From the NCBI GenBank assembly GCA_963422645.2, contig CAXXVO010000014.1, positions 224,001 to 288,000 on the forward strand: a stretch of 64,000 nucleotides of DNA, in the 5' to 3' direction. Position numbers and translations under genes: made by a program. Below, one piece after another: positions 11,702 through 21,364 of this stretch. Origin of the DNA: Alphaproteobacteria bacterium. Lineage in GTDB: Bacteria > Pseudomonadota > Alphaproteobacteria > UBA828. The stretch's first letter is position 1, and each line of letters starts with the position of its first letter. The notes below the pieces were generated by a model. That model ran no database searches, was not told the DNA's origin, and was given only the letters and a program-made list of their open reading frames with translations.

Positions 11702-11724
11702 AAGATGTATTTTGAATAAAGGTT
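11702..11724. promoter_or_regulatory. Putative NsrR operator upstream of nirK
   Basis: AAGATGTATTT-T-GAATAAAGGTT versus the 11-1-11 consensus AAGATGYATTT-N-AAATRCATCTT (left half exact, right 7/11). Overlaps a candidate minus-strand promoter TTGACG-N16-CAAAAT. Confidence 0.6.
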
Positions 11725-11831
11725 CAGGGGCGTCAAGCAAGATGTGAATTCGATTCCGTCCTTAGCGACATTCGGCCTGCCCGTGCTACTATGCGGGAAC
11801 CTTAGAATCGTCTTTATCCAGGAAGCGAGCC

Positions 11832-12689
11832 ATGGGCCACTGGACCCTTGACGACATCCCGTGGGACCAGTTCGACCGGTCGAAGCTCGACCCGGAAATG
11901 GTCAAGATTGCCAAGGCGGCGTGCATGGTGGAGCACCACAGCGCTGACTACGGCAAGTACCTCTGCGGCGTGTTTCACGACGATCCCGGCTTCTGCGCCG
12001 ATGCTCTCGCCTGGGCGCAGGAGGAGGTCCAGCATGGCGCGGCCCTGCGCCGCTATGCCGAGCTCGCCGACCCCGCGTTCGACTTCGACGCCAAGTTCGC
12101 GCGCTTCGTCGCGGGCCATCCCATCGACGTGGAGGCGAGCGAATCGATCCGGGGTTCGCGCTGCGCTGAGCTGGTGGCGCGTTGCATCGTCGAGGTCGGC
12201 ACGTCCACCTACTACAGCGTGCTGCGCGACACCGCCGAGGAGCCCGTGTTCAAGGCGATCTGCAAGCGGATCGCGGGCGACGAGTTCCGCCACTACAAGC
12301 TCTTCTACTCCAACATGAAGCGCTATCGGGATATCGAGGGCGTCGGCCGGCTTTCGCGCGCCAAGGTGGCGCTCGTGCGAATCTTCGAATCGAACGACGA
12401 CGAGCTCGCCTACGCCTACCACTGCGGTGCCGGCGAGCCCGATCCCTATGTTCGTCGCCGCACGGCACGCGCTTATGCGGGTCGCACGTTCCCGCTCTAT
12501 CGCCGCGACCACGTTCAGCGCGGGGTGGGCATGACCCTCAAGGCGATCGGCATCAAGCCGCAGGGACGGCCCGGCAGGGTCGTCGCCGCGCTGGCGTGGT
12601 GGGTGCTCAAGCTCTATGTCCGCCGTCTGGCGTGGGCAAGAGAACCGGGCGGAACTCTGCAATCACCGCTTCGTAGAGCGCCCGTTTGA
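11832..12689 (+). CDS. Ferritin-like diiron domain protein
   Basis: Paired ExxH motifs (EEVQHG, DEFRHY); WTLDDIPW N-terminus. Confidence 0.8.
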   Translation: MGHWTLDDIPWDQFDRSKLDPEMVKIAKAACMVEHHSADYGKYLCGVFHDDPGFCADALAWAQEEVQHGAALRRYAELADPAFDFDAKFARFVAGHPIDVEASESIRGSRCAELVARCIVEVGTSTYYSVLRDTAEEPVFKAICKRIAGDEFRHYKLFYSNMKRYRDIEGVGRLSRAKVALVRIFESNDDELAYAYHCGAGEPDPYVRRRTARAYAGRTFPLYRRDHVQRGVGMTLKAIGIKPQGRPGRVVAALAWWVLKLYVRRLAWAREPGGTLQSPLRRAPV

Positions 12690-13113
12690 AGGGAACCGCA
12701 TTCGCGGCCAGCTCGCCGACCGGCGACCAGCGCCAGTCGCTGAACTCCGGATGGGCCGTATCGATGTCGACGTCGGCATCGGTGCCAAGGAAGCGCGCGG
12801 CAAACCACTTCTGCTCCTGACCCCGATAGCGTCCACGCCACACGCGGTTTACCAGATAGGGCGGCAGGTCGTAGCGCAACCACTCCCGCGTTTCCGCAAG
12901 GATCTCCACCTTGTCGGGTGTAACGCCGGTCTCTTCCTCGAGCTCTCTCAACGCCGTGTCGCGAGGGTCCTCGCCCCGGTCAATCCCGCCCTGCGGCATC
13001 TGCCAGGCTTCCTGCACCATGTCGATGCGCTGGCCGACGAAGACCAGCCGCCGCGCGTTGAAGAGCAGCACGCCAACGCAGGGCCGGTAGGGGAGGCCGT
13101 CTAGAGCGTTCAT
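12607..13113 (-). CDS. rppH: RNA pyrophosphohydrolase
   Basis: [16 protein letters not shown]...[10 protein letters not shown] Nudix box, RGQEQKWF. Confidence 0.95.
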   Translation of the reverse strand: MNALDGLPYRPCVGVLLFNARRLVFVGQRIDMVQEAWQMPQGGIDRGEDPRDTALRELEEETGVTPDKVEILAETREWLRYDLPPYLVNRVWRGRYRGQEQKWFAARFLGTDADVDIDTAHPEFSDWRWSPVGELAANAVPFKRALYEAVIAEFRPVLLPTPDGGHRA

Positions 13114-13154
13114 GTCAGCCGGCGATGGGGCCGAGGGCCGAGCGCGGTACCGGC

Positions 13155-14459
13155 TCAGTTAACGATCGCGTTGCCGGAGAGAATGCGCGCGCCGCGCAGG
13201 TGCTCTATCGCGCGGGCGAGTTGATAGTCGTCATCCGCCGGGTCGGCCTCTACCTCGGCAGTCTTTTCCGTTGGCGGGACTGCTTCGTCCTGAATGGTGG
13301 ACCCGTCGTTGTCCAGGTGACCGCGCAGGTCCTCCTCCCGCCGCTCGGGCAACGCTTCTTCCTCCGGCTCGGGCCGAATCTGTTCGACGACGATATCCGG
13401 GTCGATCCCGTGTTCCTGGATCGAGCGGCCGGATGGCGTGTAGTAGCGTGCCGTGGTGAGGCGCAGTGCGCCTCCCCCGCTCCCGCCAAGCGGAAGCACC
13501 GTCTGCACCGAGCCTTTGCCGAACGAGCGGGTGCCGAGGATAAGCGCCCGCCCGTGATCCTGCAGTGCGCCGGCGACGATCTCCGAGGCCGAAGCCGTCC
13601 CGCTGTTGATCAGCACGACCAGTGGCAGGCCGTCGATGATGTCGCCCTCCTGCGCGTTGAAGCGGAAAATGCCGCTGGAGTCGCGACCCCTGGTCGATAC
13701 GATCTCGCCCTGCTCCAGGAAGGCATCCGAGACCGCGATCGCCTGATCGAGAAGGCCGCCGGGATTGTTGCGCAGGTCGAGCACGGCGCCCAGCACCTGA
13801 TCGCCCTGCTCGTCCCACAGGTCGCCCAGCACTCCGTCGAGATCGTCGGACGTGTGCTCCGAGAAGGTCGAAATCCGCGCAAGAATAATTTCTTCATTCA
13901 CCATTCGCGCGCGCACCGACCGAATCTTGATGACCGCACGGGTGATCGGGAACTCGAGCTCTTCCTCCACCCCGTCTCGGCGGATGGTGAGGGTAATCTC
14001 GGAGTTGGCGGGGCCGCGCATCTTGTCCACGGCCTGCTGCAGCGTGAGGCCAAGCACCGGCTCGTCGTCGAGATGGGTCACCAGGTCCCCTGCCTCGATC
14101 CCGGCGCGCTGCGCGGGCGTGTCGTCGATCGGCGCGATCACTTTGACGAGGCCGTTCTCCATCGTGACCTCGATGCCGAGGCCGCCGAACTCACCCCGCG
14201 CCTGGACCTGAACTTCCTTATAGCTCTTGGGATTGTGGTATTTCGTATGGGGGTCGAGCGAAGCGATCATGCCCTCGATGGCGGCATCGATCAGATCCGA
14301 AGGGCTCACCTCCTCGACATACTCGTCCCGAATTCTTTCGAGGATGGTGCCGAAGAGCTTGAGCTGCTCATAGGTTTCCTCGTCCTCATCGGCGACCGCA
14401 ATCGCCGGGAGGCTGATCATCATCAGGCCGGCGATGCCGGCCACCAGTAGTCTTCGCAT
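13155..14459 (-). CDS. ctpA: S41 carboxy-terminal processing protease
   Basis: Signal peptide, PDZ (GGLGIEV), [22 protein letters not shown]. Confidence 0.93.
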   Translation of the reverse strand: MRRLLVAGIAGLMMISLPAIAVADEDEETYEQLKLFGTILERIRDEYVEEVSPSDLIDAAIEGMIASLDPHTKYHNPKSYKEVQVQARGEFGGLGIEVTMENGLVKVIAPIDDTPAQRAGIEAGDLVTHLDDEPVLGLTLQQAVDKMRGPANSEITLTIRRDGVEEELEFPITRAVIKIRSVRARMVNEEIILARISTFSEHTSDDLDGVLGDLWDEQGDQVLGAVLDLRNNPGGLLDQAIAVSDAFLEQGEIVSTRGRDSSGIFRFNAQEGDIIDGLPLVVLINSGTASASEIVAGALQDHGRALILGTRSFGKGSVQTVLPLGGSGGGALRLTTARYYTPSGRSIQEHGIDPDIVVEQIRPEPEEEALPERREEDLRGHLDNDGSTIQDEAVPPTEKTAEVEADPADDDYQLARAIEHLRGARILSGNAIVN

Positions 14460-14719
14460 TCCGTCCTTCGACCGTCGCGCCGGTTGCCGCATCTCAAGCC
14501 AGCGAATTATCGGGGCTACCGTCGGAAGCTGCCACGCCTGCCGCCAAGTGGCGCAGGCCAAGCAAAGGTCCATCCCGACGGTCCGCTATGCGGGGCACGC
14601 CCATGATATCTCTCTATCGGACATGATCAAATCAATATGCGCGGCCGCGTGGTCACGGCTCCGTGTGGAGCACCGCTACCGAGCCACGCCGCCGACGTTC
14701 CTCTGGCACGCCGCGGTGA

Positions 14720-15247
14720 TCACATATCGAGCGGGGCAGGGGGGAGCGGCTCCAGGGCTTGGTCATCCGCCAGTGCCGCGAGCAGGGACGCGGCGCTGGC
14801 GCCGCTGACCGGATGCCGCCATTTCGGCGCCACCTCGACAAGGGGCGCCAGCACGAATGCCCGCTCCGCAAGACGCGGGTGAGGGAGTATCAGCGCCGGC
14901 CCGTCGTCGTCGGCTTCGCGGCGAATGACCTGGCTGTGGTAATCCAGGAGATCGAGGTCGAGAGGGCGGTCCGCACCGGCGACGCTCCGCTTGCGCCCAA
15001 ACGCCGCCTCAACGGCGAGGAGGCGCGCCATGAGCGGGACGGGGGAGAGCGTCGATTCGACCCGGACCACGCCGTTGACGAACCAGGGGCCGTCGGCCGG
15101 CGGTATCGGCGCGCTGCGATACCAACGCGATTGCGCCACGGGTCGGATCCCGCCCTCGGCAAGCACCGCTAGCGCTGCGTCCAGCCCTTCGACCGGCGTG
15201 CCATGGCGCGCGGTCGGCAGGTTCGCACCGAGTGCAACCAAAATCAT
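14720..15247 (-). CDS. folK: 2-amino-4-hydroxy-6-hydroxymethyldihydropteridine pyrophosphokinase
   Basis: ALGANL, RPLDLDLL, LPHPRLAERAFVL. Confidence 0.95.
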   Translation of the reverse strand: MILVALGANLPTARHGTPVEGLDAALAVLAEGGIRPVAQSRWYRSAPIPPADGPWFVNGVVRVESTLSPVPLMARLLAVEAAFGRKRSVAGADRPLDLDLLDYHSQVIRREADDDGPALILPHPRLAERAFVLAPLVEVAPKWRHPVSGASAASLLAALADDQALEPLPPAPLDM

Positions 15248-15421
15248 TGCGACGAAACTTGCACTTGCACTTGTCCCTCTCCGCGGGAATCCCTAGTTAT
15301 GGTGTGCCTGCCTGGGCCTGCCTGGCGGTCGCGACAGTGTGGACGAGGGAGGGAGAACGCCACGCGGCGACGGCATGCTCTCCGGCATTCTGACTCACCT
15401 GACCGAGAAGGATAGACTTTG

Positions 15422-16066
15422 ATGCAGTTCAATCCGCAGGAGCGGATCGGCCTCTTTATTGACGGCGCAAATCTCTATGCCGCGGCCCGTTCGCTCGGTT
15501 TCGACATTGACTACAAGCGCTTGCGGGAGGAGTTCGCGGGCAAGGGCCGCTTCATCCGCGCTCTCTATTACACGGCTCTCATCGAAGATCAGGAGTATTC
15601 GCCGATTCGGCCGCTGGTCGATTGGCTCGACTACAACGGCTACACCTTGGTCACGAAGCCGACCAAGGAGTTCACCGATTCCATGGGCCGCCGCAAGGTC
15701 AAAGGCGACATGGACATCGAAATCGCGGTCGACATGATGGAGTTGGCCGACGTCCTCGATCATATCGTGCTGTTTTCCGGCGACGGCGACTTTCGACGCG
15801 TGACCGAGGCGGTCCAGCGCAAGGGCGTGCTGGTAACGGTCGTCAGCACCATCCGCTCGCAGCCACCGATGATCGCCGACGAGCTGCGCCGCCAGGCCGA
15901 CAACTTCATCGAGCTGCAGGATATCGAGCCCGTGATCGCGCGCGAGGCCAAGTGGCGCAACGAGCGCGCCCGGAGCCTGCGTGAGCCGATGGAGGATGAG
16001 TACGAGGAATACGACGACGAGGGCGATGAGGAAGACATGGCCGATGAGGTCGTGCGCACGGCGTGA
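15422..16066 (+). CDS. NYN domain protein (LabA/DUF88)
   Basis: FIDGANL, KGDMDIEIAVD, FSGDGDF; acidic tail. Confidence 0.92.
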   Translation: MQFNPQERIGLFIDGANLYAAARSLGFDIDYKRLREEFAGKGRFIRALYYTALIEDQEYSPIRPLVDWLDYNGYTLVTKPTKEFTDSMGRRKVKGDMDIEIAVDMMELADVLDHIVLFSGDGDFRRVTEAVQRKGVLVTVVSTIRSQPPMIADELRRQADNFIELQDIEPVIAREAKWRNERARSLREPMEDEYEEYDDEGDEEDMADEVVRTA

Positions 16067-16725
16067 GCGCGCCGACGCCGGCGCCGCCCGTACCGGATCG
16101 GGACTGCAACCAGTGCCCGAGGCTGGTCGCCTATCGTGAGGATCATCGCTTAGCAGAGCCCGATTGGCACAACGCGCCGGTCCGGAGTTTCGGTAGCCTT
16201 GACGCGCGGCTGCTGATCGTCGGCCTCGCGCCCGGCCTGCGCGGAGCCAACCGCACCGGCCGGCCCTTCACGGGCGATTTTGCCGGCGACCTGCTCTACG
16301 CGACCCTCGGCGAGTTCGGCTTCGCCGGCGGGGCCTACGGCGCCAAGACCGGCGATGGTTTGACGCTTCACGACTGCCGCATCACCAACGCCGTCCGCTG
16401 CGTGCCGCCGCAAAATCAACCCAAGGCGGCAGAAATCGCAGCCTGCCGCTCGTTCCTCACGGCGGAAATTGGGGCGATGACCCAGCTTCGCGCAATCCTC
16501 GCGTTGGGGCTGGTCGCCCACGGCGCGGTGCTGAAGGCGCTCGGTCTCCGCGCCGGTGCTTGCCGCTTCGCCCACGGCGCGGTCCATCGCCTGGATGACG
16601 GCCGCCGGCTCTTCGACAGCTACCACTGCTCGCGCCTCAACACGAACACCGGTCGCCTCACACCTGCGATGTTCGCAGATGTCTTCGCCGGAATTCGCGA
16701 CGAATTGGGAGAAGCGCGCGCCTGA
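16063..16725 (+). CDS. Uracil-DNA glycosylase, family 5 type
   Basis: CxxCPRL, VGLAPGLRGANRTGRPFTGD, SYHCSRLNTNT. Confidence 0.92.
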   Translation: MSAPTPAPPVPDRDCNQCPRLVAYREDHRLAEPDWHNAPVRSFGSLDARLLIVGLAPGLRGANRTGRPFTGDFAGDLLYATLGEFGFAGGAYGAKTGDGLTLHDCRITNAVRCVPPQNQPKAAEIAACRSFLTAEIGAMTQLRAILALGLVAHGAVLKALGLRAGACRFAHGAVHRLDDGRRLFDSYHCSRLNTNTGRLTPAMFADVFAGIRDELGEARA

Positions 16726-16739
16726 GCCGGCGAACTCTT

Positions 16740-17213
16740 CTACCTCCGCTCGCGGACCAGTCGTTCCTTCTGGCGCTGCCAGTCCCGCGCCTTCTCGGCG
16801 GCGCGCTTGTCGTACTTGCGTTTGCCCGAGGCCATGGCGAGCGCCACCTTGGCGATCCCGCGATCGTTGAAATAGAGGGTGAGCGGCACCAGGGTCACGC
16901 CGCCGCGGCGCAGCGCGCCCACCAGCTTCCGAATCTCCCGCTTGTGCAGCAGCAGCTTACGGGGCCGCAGGGGATCGTGATTGAAGGGGCCAGCGCCGTC
17001 GTATTGAGAGATGTGGGCGTTGATCAGAAAGACCTCGCCGCCGCGTTCGGTGGCGTAGGCATCGTTGATGTTGGCGCGACCGGCTCGGAGCGACTTGACC
17101 TCCGTTCCGGTGAGCCGGATGCCCACCTCGAAGGGGCGCTCGAGATGGTAGTCGCGGCGCGCCTTGCGGTTCTGCGCGATTCGCCGGCCGCCGGAGGCGG
17201 TCTTTTCACTCAC
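16740..17213 (-). CDS. smpB: SsrA-binding protein
   Basis: NRKAR, LTGTEVKSLR, RKLLLHKREI, GKRKYDKR. Confidence 0.98.
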   Translation of the reverse strand: MSEKTASGGRRIAQNRKARRDYHLERPFEVGIRLTGTEVKSLRAGRANINDAYATERGGEVFLINAHISQYDGAGPFNHDPLRPRKLLLHKREIRKLVGALRRGGVTLVPLTLYFNDRGIAKVALAMASGKRKYDKRAAEKARDWQRQKERLVRERR

Positions 17214-17253
17214 CCTAAGGGACCGGCCGCGGGGTGTGGCCCCGGCGCCCTGC

Positions 17254-18129
17254 TCAGTTGAGCAGGCCGACTCGGCGCATTGCCGACTCGATCCGCTCGC
17301 GGTTCGCTTCGCTCGGGGAGGTCAGCGGCAGCCTCACCTCAGGCTCGCACTTGCCGAGGAGCGACGCGGCATACTTGACCGGGATCGGGTTGCTCTCGAC
17401 GAAGAGCGTGTCGTGGAGTGGCATCAGCCGGGTGTGCCGGTCCAGCGCCTCTGCGGCATCGCCCCGCTCCCAGGCGGCGAAGAAGCCCGCGCACTGGCGC
17501 GGCGCCACGTTCGCGGTCACCGAGATGCAGCCGTCGCCGCCCTGGGCGAGGAAACCGAGAATCGTGCCGTCTTCGCCCGAGAGCTGGCAGAAATCGTCGC
17601 CGATGGCCGTCCTGGTGCGCGTGGGCCGGGCGAGGTCGGCGGTCGCGTCCTTGACGCCCACCACGTTGGGGAGCTCGGCGAGGCGCGCCATCGTCTCCAC
17701 CGACATGTCCACCACGCTCCGGCCCGGGATGTTGTAGATGATCTGCGGGATGTCCACGGCGTCGTTCACGGCTTTGTAATGGGCGTACATCCCCTCTTGC
17801 GTCGGCTTGTTGTAATAGGGCATGACCAGCAGCGCGCCGTCTGCGCCGGCGTCCTTGGCGTGGCGGGTGAGGCTGATCGCCTCTTCGGTCGAGTTCGAGC
17901 CCGTGCCGGCCACGACCGGAACCCGCCCTGCCGCGACCTCGATGCAGATCTCGGTCACCCGGTTGTGTTCCTCGTGGCTGAGGGTCGGCGACTCACCTGT
18001 GGTTCCGCAGGGCACGAGCCCGGCGGCGCCTTCCTCGATTTGCCAGTCCACGAAATCACGGTAGGCGTCTTCATCCACCTCGCCATTACGGAACGGCGTG
18101 ATCAGGGCCGTCAGATATCCCTGGAACAT
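17254..18129 (-). CDS. dapA: 4-hydroxy-tetrahydrodipicolinate synthase
   Basis: [42 protein letters not shown]. Start taken at ATG 18129. Confidence 0.97.
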   Translation of the reverse strand: MFQGYLTALITPFRNGEVDEDAYRDFVDWQIEEGAAGLVPCGTTGESPTLSHEEHNRVTEICIEVAAGRVPVVAGTGSNSTEEAISLTRHAKDAGADGALLVMPYYNKPTQEGMYAHYKAVNDAVDIPQIIYNIPGRSVVDMSVETMARLAELPNVVGVKDATADLARPTRTRTAIGDDFCQLSGEDGTILGFLAQGGDGCISVTANVAPRQCAGFFAAWERGDAAEALDRHTRLMPLHDTLFVESNPIPVKYAASLLGKCEPEVRLPLTSPSEANRERIESAMRRVGLLN

Positions 18130-18181
18130 GACACGCTCCCACGGTCGTGCGTTGCCGGTTCGGCGAGAATAGGTTGGCAGC

Positions 18182-20413
18182 ATGTTGGGAACAAGACCGC
18201 GTCGAGAGTCCTCACCCCTTAGCAATGCGTCGCGGGCAGTGCGCTGGGGGCTTCTTGCCCTGGCGGCGCTTATCCTGCCGCTCTTCTTCGATGCGACCGC
18301 GCATGCTGAGGCGGAGCCGCCGATGCCGCCAGCCGTGGCTAGGGCGGACGTAGCACTCTACGCAGACGCCTTCAGGGCGGCCGCGCGAAGCAACTGGGGC
18401 CGCGCCCATCGTCTGGCCCGCCGTGCCGACGACCCGCTCGGCGCCACGATCCTGCGTTGGTGGGACTACAGCAGCCCCGGCACGCGCGCCTCCTTCGCCG
18501 ACATCGCGCGCTTCATCGACGAGCACCCGGACTGGCCGGACCAGAGACTGCTGCAAATCAATGCCGAATCGGCGATGGCGAGGGGTGTCTCCGATGTGGA
18601 TGTCCTGGCCTGGTACCGCTGGCGCGATCCCATCGGCCGCGAGGGCCGCCTGCGCTATGCCGACGCCCTGCTCGGCGCCGGCCAAGAGGATCGCGCGAGG
18701 GCGCTCGTTCGCACCGCATGGATCGAGGGAAGGTTCAGTGGGCGGGAGCTGCGCGAGACCTATCGTCGCTACCGCGCGCATCTGCGGCCAGAGGATCACG
18801 TCGCCCGCCTGGAGCGCCTGGTGTGGGCCAATCACGCCCCTTCGGCGCGGCGCATGTACCGTTACGTCGACGAGGGGCGTCAGAGACTGGCTGAGGCACG
18901 GCTGACGCTCCGTGCTTACTCTGGCGGCGTGGACCGGGCGATCGCGCGGGTGCCACGCTCGCTCCGCGACGATCCGGGGCTGGTTTACGAGCGGCTGCGC
19001 TGGCGACGGAAGAAGGGCCGCGACGAGGATGCCCGCGCCCTCTTGCAGACGCCGCCGCAGGACCTCGGCCCCCGACCCAAGCTCTGGTGGCGGGAGCGCG
19101 TTATTCTCGCGCGCCGCGCCCTGGAGGACGGGCTGATCGATGAGGCCTACGCGCTGGCCTCCGGTCATGGTCAGACCGCAGCCTCGACCTATTCCGAAGC
19201 CGAGTGGCTCGCCGGGTGGCTCGCCCTTCGCTTTCTCGACGATTCGCGCGGTGCGTTTCTCCACTTCGAGCGTATGCACGGCGCGGTCACCATGCCGATC
19301 AGCCGGGCGCGCGCGGCCTATTGGGCGGGCCTCGCCGCCGCGACCCTTGGCGATCCGGAGAGCGCGGGTCTCTGGTACGGCAAGGCGGCGGCATATCCCG
19401 CCACCTTCTATGGCCAGATCGCCATTGCGCGCATCGCCTCGCCCGATGCGCCATTGATCGGTGCTGCGCCCGGTGCAGCAGCCGGCGCGACCGGCGCCCC
19501 GACGCTCAACGGCCATGCGCTATTCGCGGCCGTTCGCGTCCTGACCTTTCTCGGGCGCGACTATCTCGCCGAGCCCTTCTACAAGCGCCTGAGCACGCTT
19601 TCGCGCAACGAAGCGGATCACGCCCTGGTCTCGGCGCTCGCGCTCTCCGTCGAACGGCCCCAGCAGGCGATCCGTGCCGCCCAACATGCCGCGCGGGACG
19701 GTTACGTCTCCATCGGGCGGCTGTTTCCGCTGGTAAACGTGCCCTTCGCAAGGAATGACTCTGCCCTCGAACACGCACTGGTGCTCGCGCTGATCCGCCA
19801 GGAGAGCCGCTTCGACCGGGAGGCGCGGAGCGGCTCCGGCGCGCTCGGCCTGATGCAGCTCATGCCGAGGACGGCGCGGAGTGTCGCCCGGCGGATGGGT
19901 CTGAGCGAATCCAGCAAGCGCCTGACCTCCAACCGGGCGCACAACGTGGCACTCGGCAGCCGCTATCTGAGCGACATGCTCAAGCGCTTCGACGGTTCGT
20001 ACCTGCTGGCCGCTGCAGCCTATAATGGCGGGCCGCGAAACGTCGCCCGCTGGATTGCGGCAAACGGCGACCCCCGGCACGACCCGGATGTGGACATCAT
20101 CGACTGGATCGAAATGATCCCGCTCGCAGAGACGCGAAACTACGTGCAGCGGGTCCTCGAAGGAACGCAAGTCTACCGTTGGCAGTTCGGCCGGCGGCCG
20201 ACCGCGTCGAGCCTGGAACGCGATCTTGCACGCGGCATGTCCGAGCGCACCATGGCCGCCCATTGCGCGAGGATCGACAACGGCGAGCGGCGCGCCCACG
20301 TCGATTTTCATGCGCTCTGCCGATTTTCGCGGGGGGAGGGTATCGCTCCTGCCGACCGGCAGGCGCGCGGCGAGAGCCTCCCTTCGGGATTGCGGCGACG
20401 GAGGCGCCCATGA
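18182..20413 (+). CDS. Soluble lytic murein transglycosylase (Slt70-like); start uncertain
   Basis: IRQESRF, GLMQLMP, AAYNGGP and ETRNYVQRV motifs after a helical-repeat N-terminus. Confidence 0.92.
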   Translation: MLGTRPRRESSPLSNASRAVRWGLLALAALILPLFFDATAHAEAEPPMPPAVARADVALYADAFRAAARSNWGRAHRLARRADDPLGATILRWWDYSSPGTRASFADIARFIDEHPDWPDQRLLQINAESAMARGVSDVDVLAWYRWRDPIGREGRLRYADALLGAGQEDRARALVRTAWIEGRFSGRELRETYRRYRAHLRPEDHVARLERLVWANHAPSARRMYRYVDEGRQRLAEARLTLRAYSGGVDRAIARVPRSLRDDPGLVYERLRWRRKKGRDEDARALLQTPPQDLGPRPKLWWRERVILARRALEDGLIDEAYALASGHGQTAASTYSEAEWLAGWLALRFLDDSRGAFLHFERMHGAVTMPISRARAAYWAGLAAATLGDPESAGLWYGKAAAYPATFYGQIAIARIASPDAPLIGAAPGAAAGATGAPTLNGHALFAAVRVLTFLGRDYLAEPFYKRLSTLSRNEADHALVSALALSVERPQQAIRAAQHAARDGYVSIGRLFPLVNVPFARNDSALEHALVLALIRQESRFDREARSGSGALGLMQLMPRTARSVARRMGLSESSKRLTSNRAHNVALGSRYLSDMLKRFDGSYLLAAAAYNGGPRNVARWIAANGDPRHDPDVDIIDWIEMIPLAETRNYVQRVLEGTQVYRWQFGRRPTASSLERDLARGMSERTMAAHCARIDNGERRAHVDFHALCRFSRGEGIAPADRQARGESLPSGLRRRRRP

Positions 20414-21364
20414 GCGACGGGCGCAACGCCGCCTTGGACTTAGGAGCGCCCGGGCCGCTGCCTCAACCTGGCGACGTGTATGCGGCGGCGGCGCGTCTCG
20501 CGGGGCACGCGGTCGAGACGCCGCTGCTTCGGGCCGACGCCCTCGACGAGCAGATCGGCGGGCGCCTGCTGCTCAAGGCGGAGCCGCTTCAGCGCACCGG
20601 CTCGTTCAAGTTCCGGGGCGCCTGCAACCGGCTGCTGCAGCTCGATGCGGCAGCCAAGGCGGGCGGCGTGGTCACGTATTCCTCTGGCAACCACGCCCAG
20701 GCCGTCGCGCTAGCGGCCAGGCTGGTCGGCGTGCCGGCGGTCATCGTCATGCCGAGAGACGCGCCCGCGGTGAAGATCGCAGGCACCCGCCGCCACGGCG
20801 CCGAGGTCGTGCTCTACGACCGCGCATCCGAGGCGCGGGAGGCGCTCGGCAAGCAGATCGCCGAGGAGCGGGGAGCGACGCTGGTCAAGCCCTATGACGA
20901 CTTCGATGTCATCGCCGGCCAGGGGACGGTGGGGCACGAAATTGTCCGGCAATGCAGTGCCATCGGCTGCCGGCCCGATGCCGTGGTCGTGCCCGCCGGC
21001 GGCGGCGGGTTGATGGCCGGAACCTCGCTCGCCGTTGCCGACGCCTGGCCCGAGGCCCGCCTTCACACCGCTGAACCGCAAGGCTACGATGACCACGCCA
21101 TGTCGTTCGAACAGGGCCGCCGTGTCGGCGTATCCGGTGCACAGGGCCAGAGCTTCTGCGACGCACTCCTCGCCCCCAAGCCCGGCGCGCTCACCTTCCC
21201 GATCAATGTGGAGCGGGTGCAGAGCGGCGTCGCCGTGAGCGACGCCGAGGTCGGCGCGGCCATGCGGGCGGCGTTCATGCACCTCAAGCTCGTGGTCGAG
21301 CCGGGGGGCGCGGTGGCGCTCGCGGCCGTGCTCGCAGGCAAGATCGCTACCGCAGGGCGCACCG

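Noticed and set aside
15422-16725. NYN nuclease plus UDG as a defence module
   Set aside because: As I recall, this is ordinary alphaproteobacterial core synteny with folK, smpB and dapA.
16726-17253. tmRNA (ssrA) next to smpB
   Set aside because: Flanking gaps are under 45 bp and no tRNA-like ends are visible.
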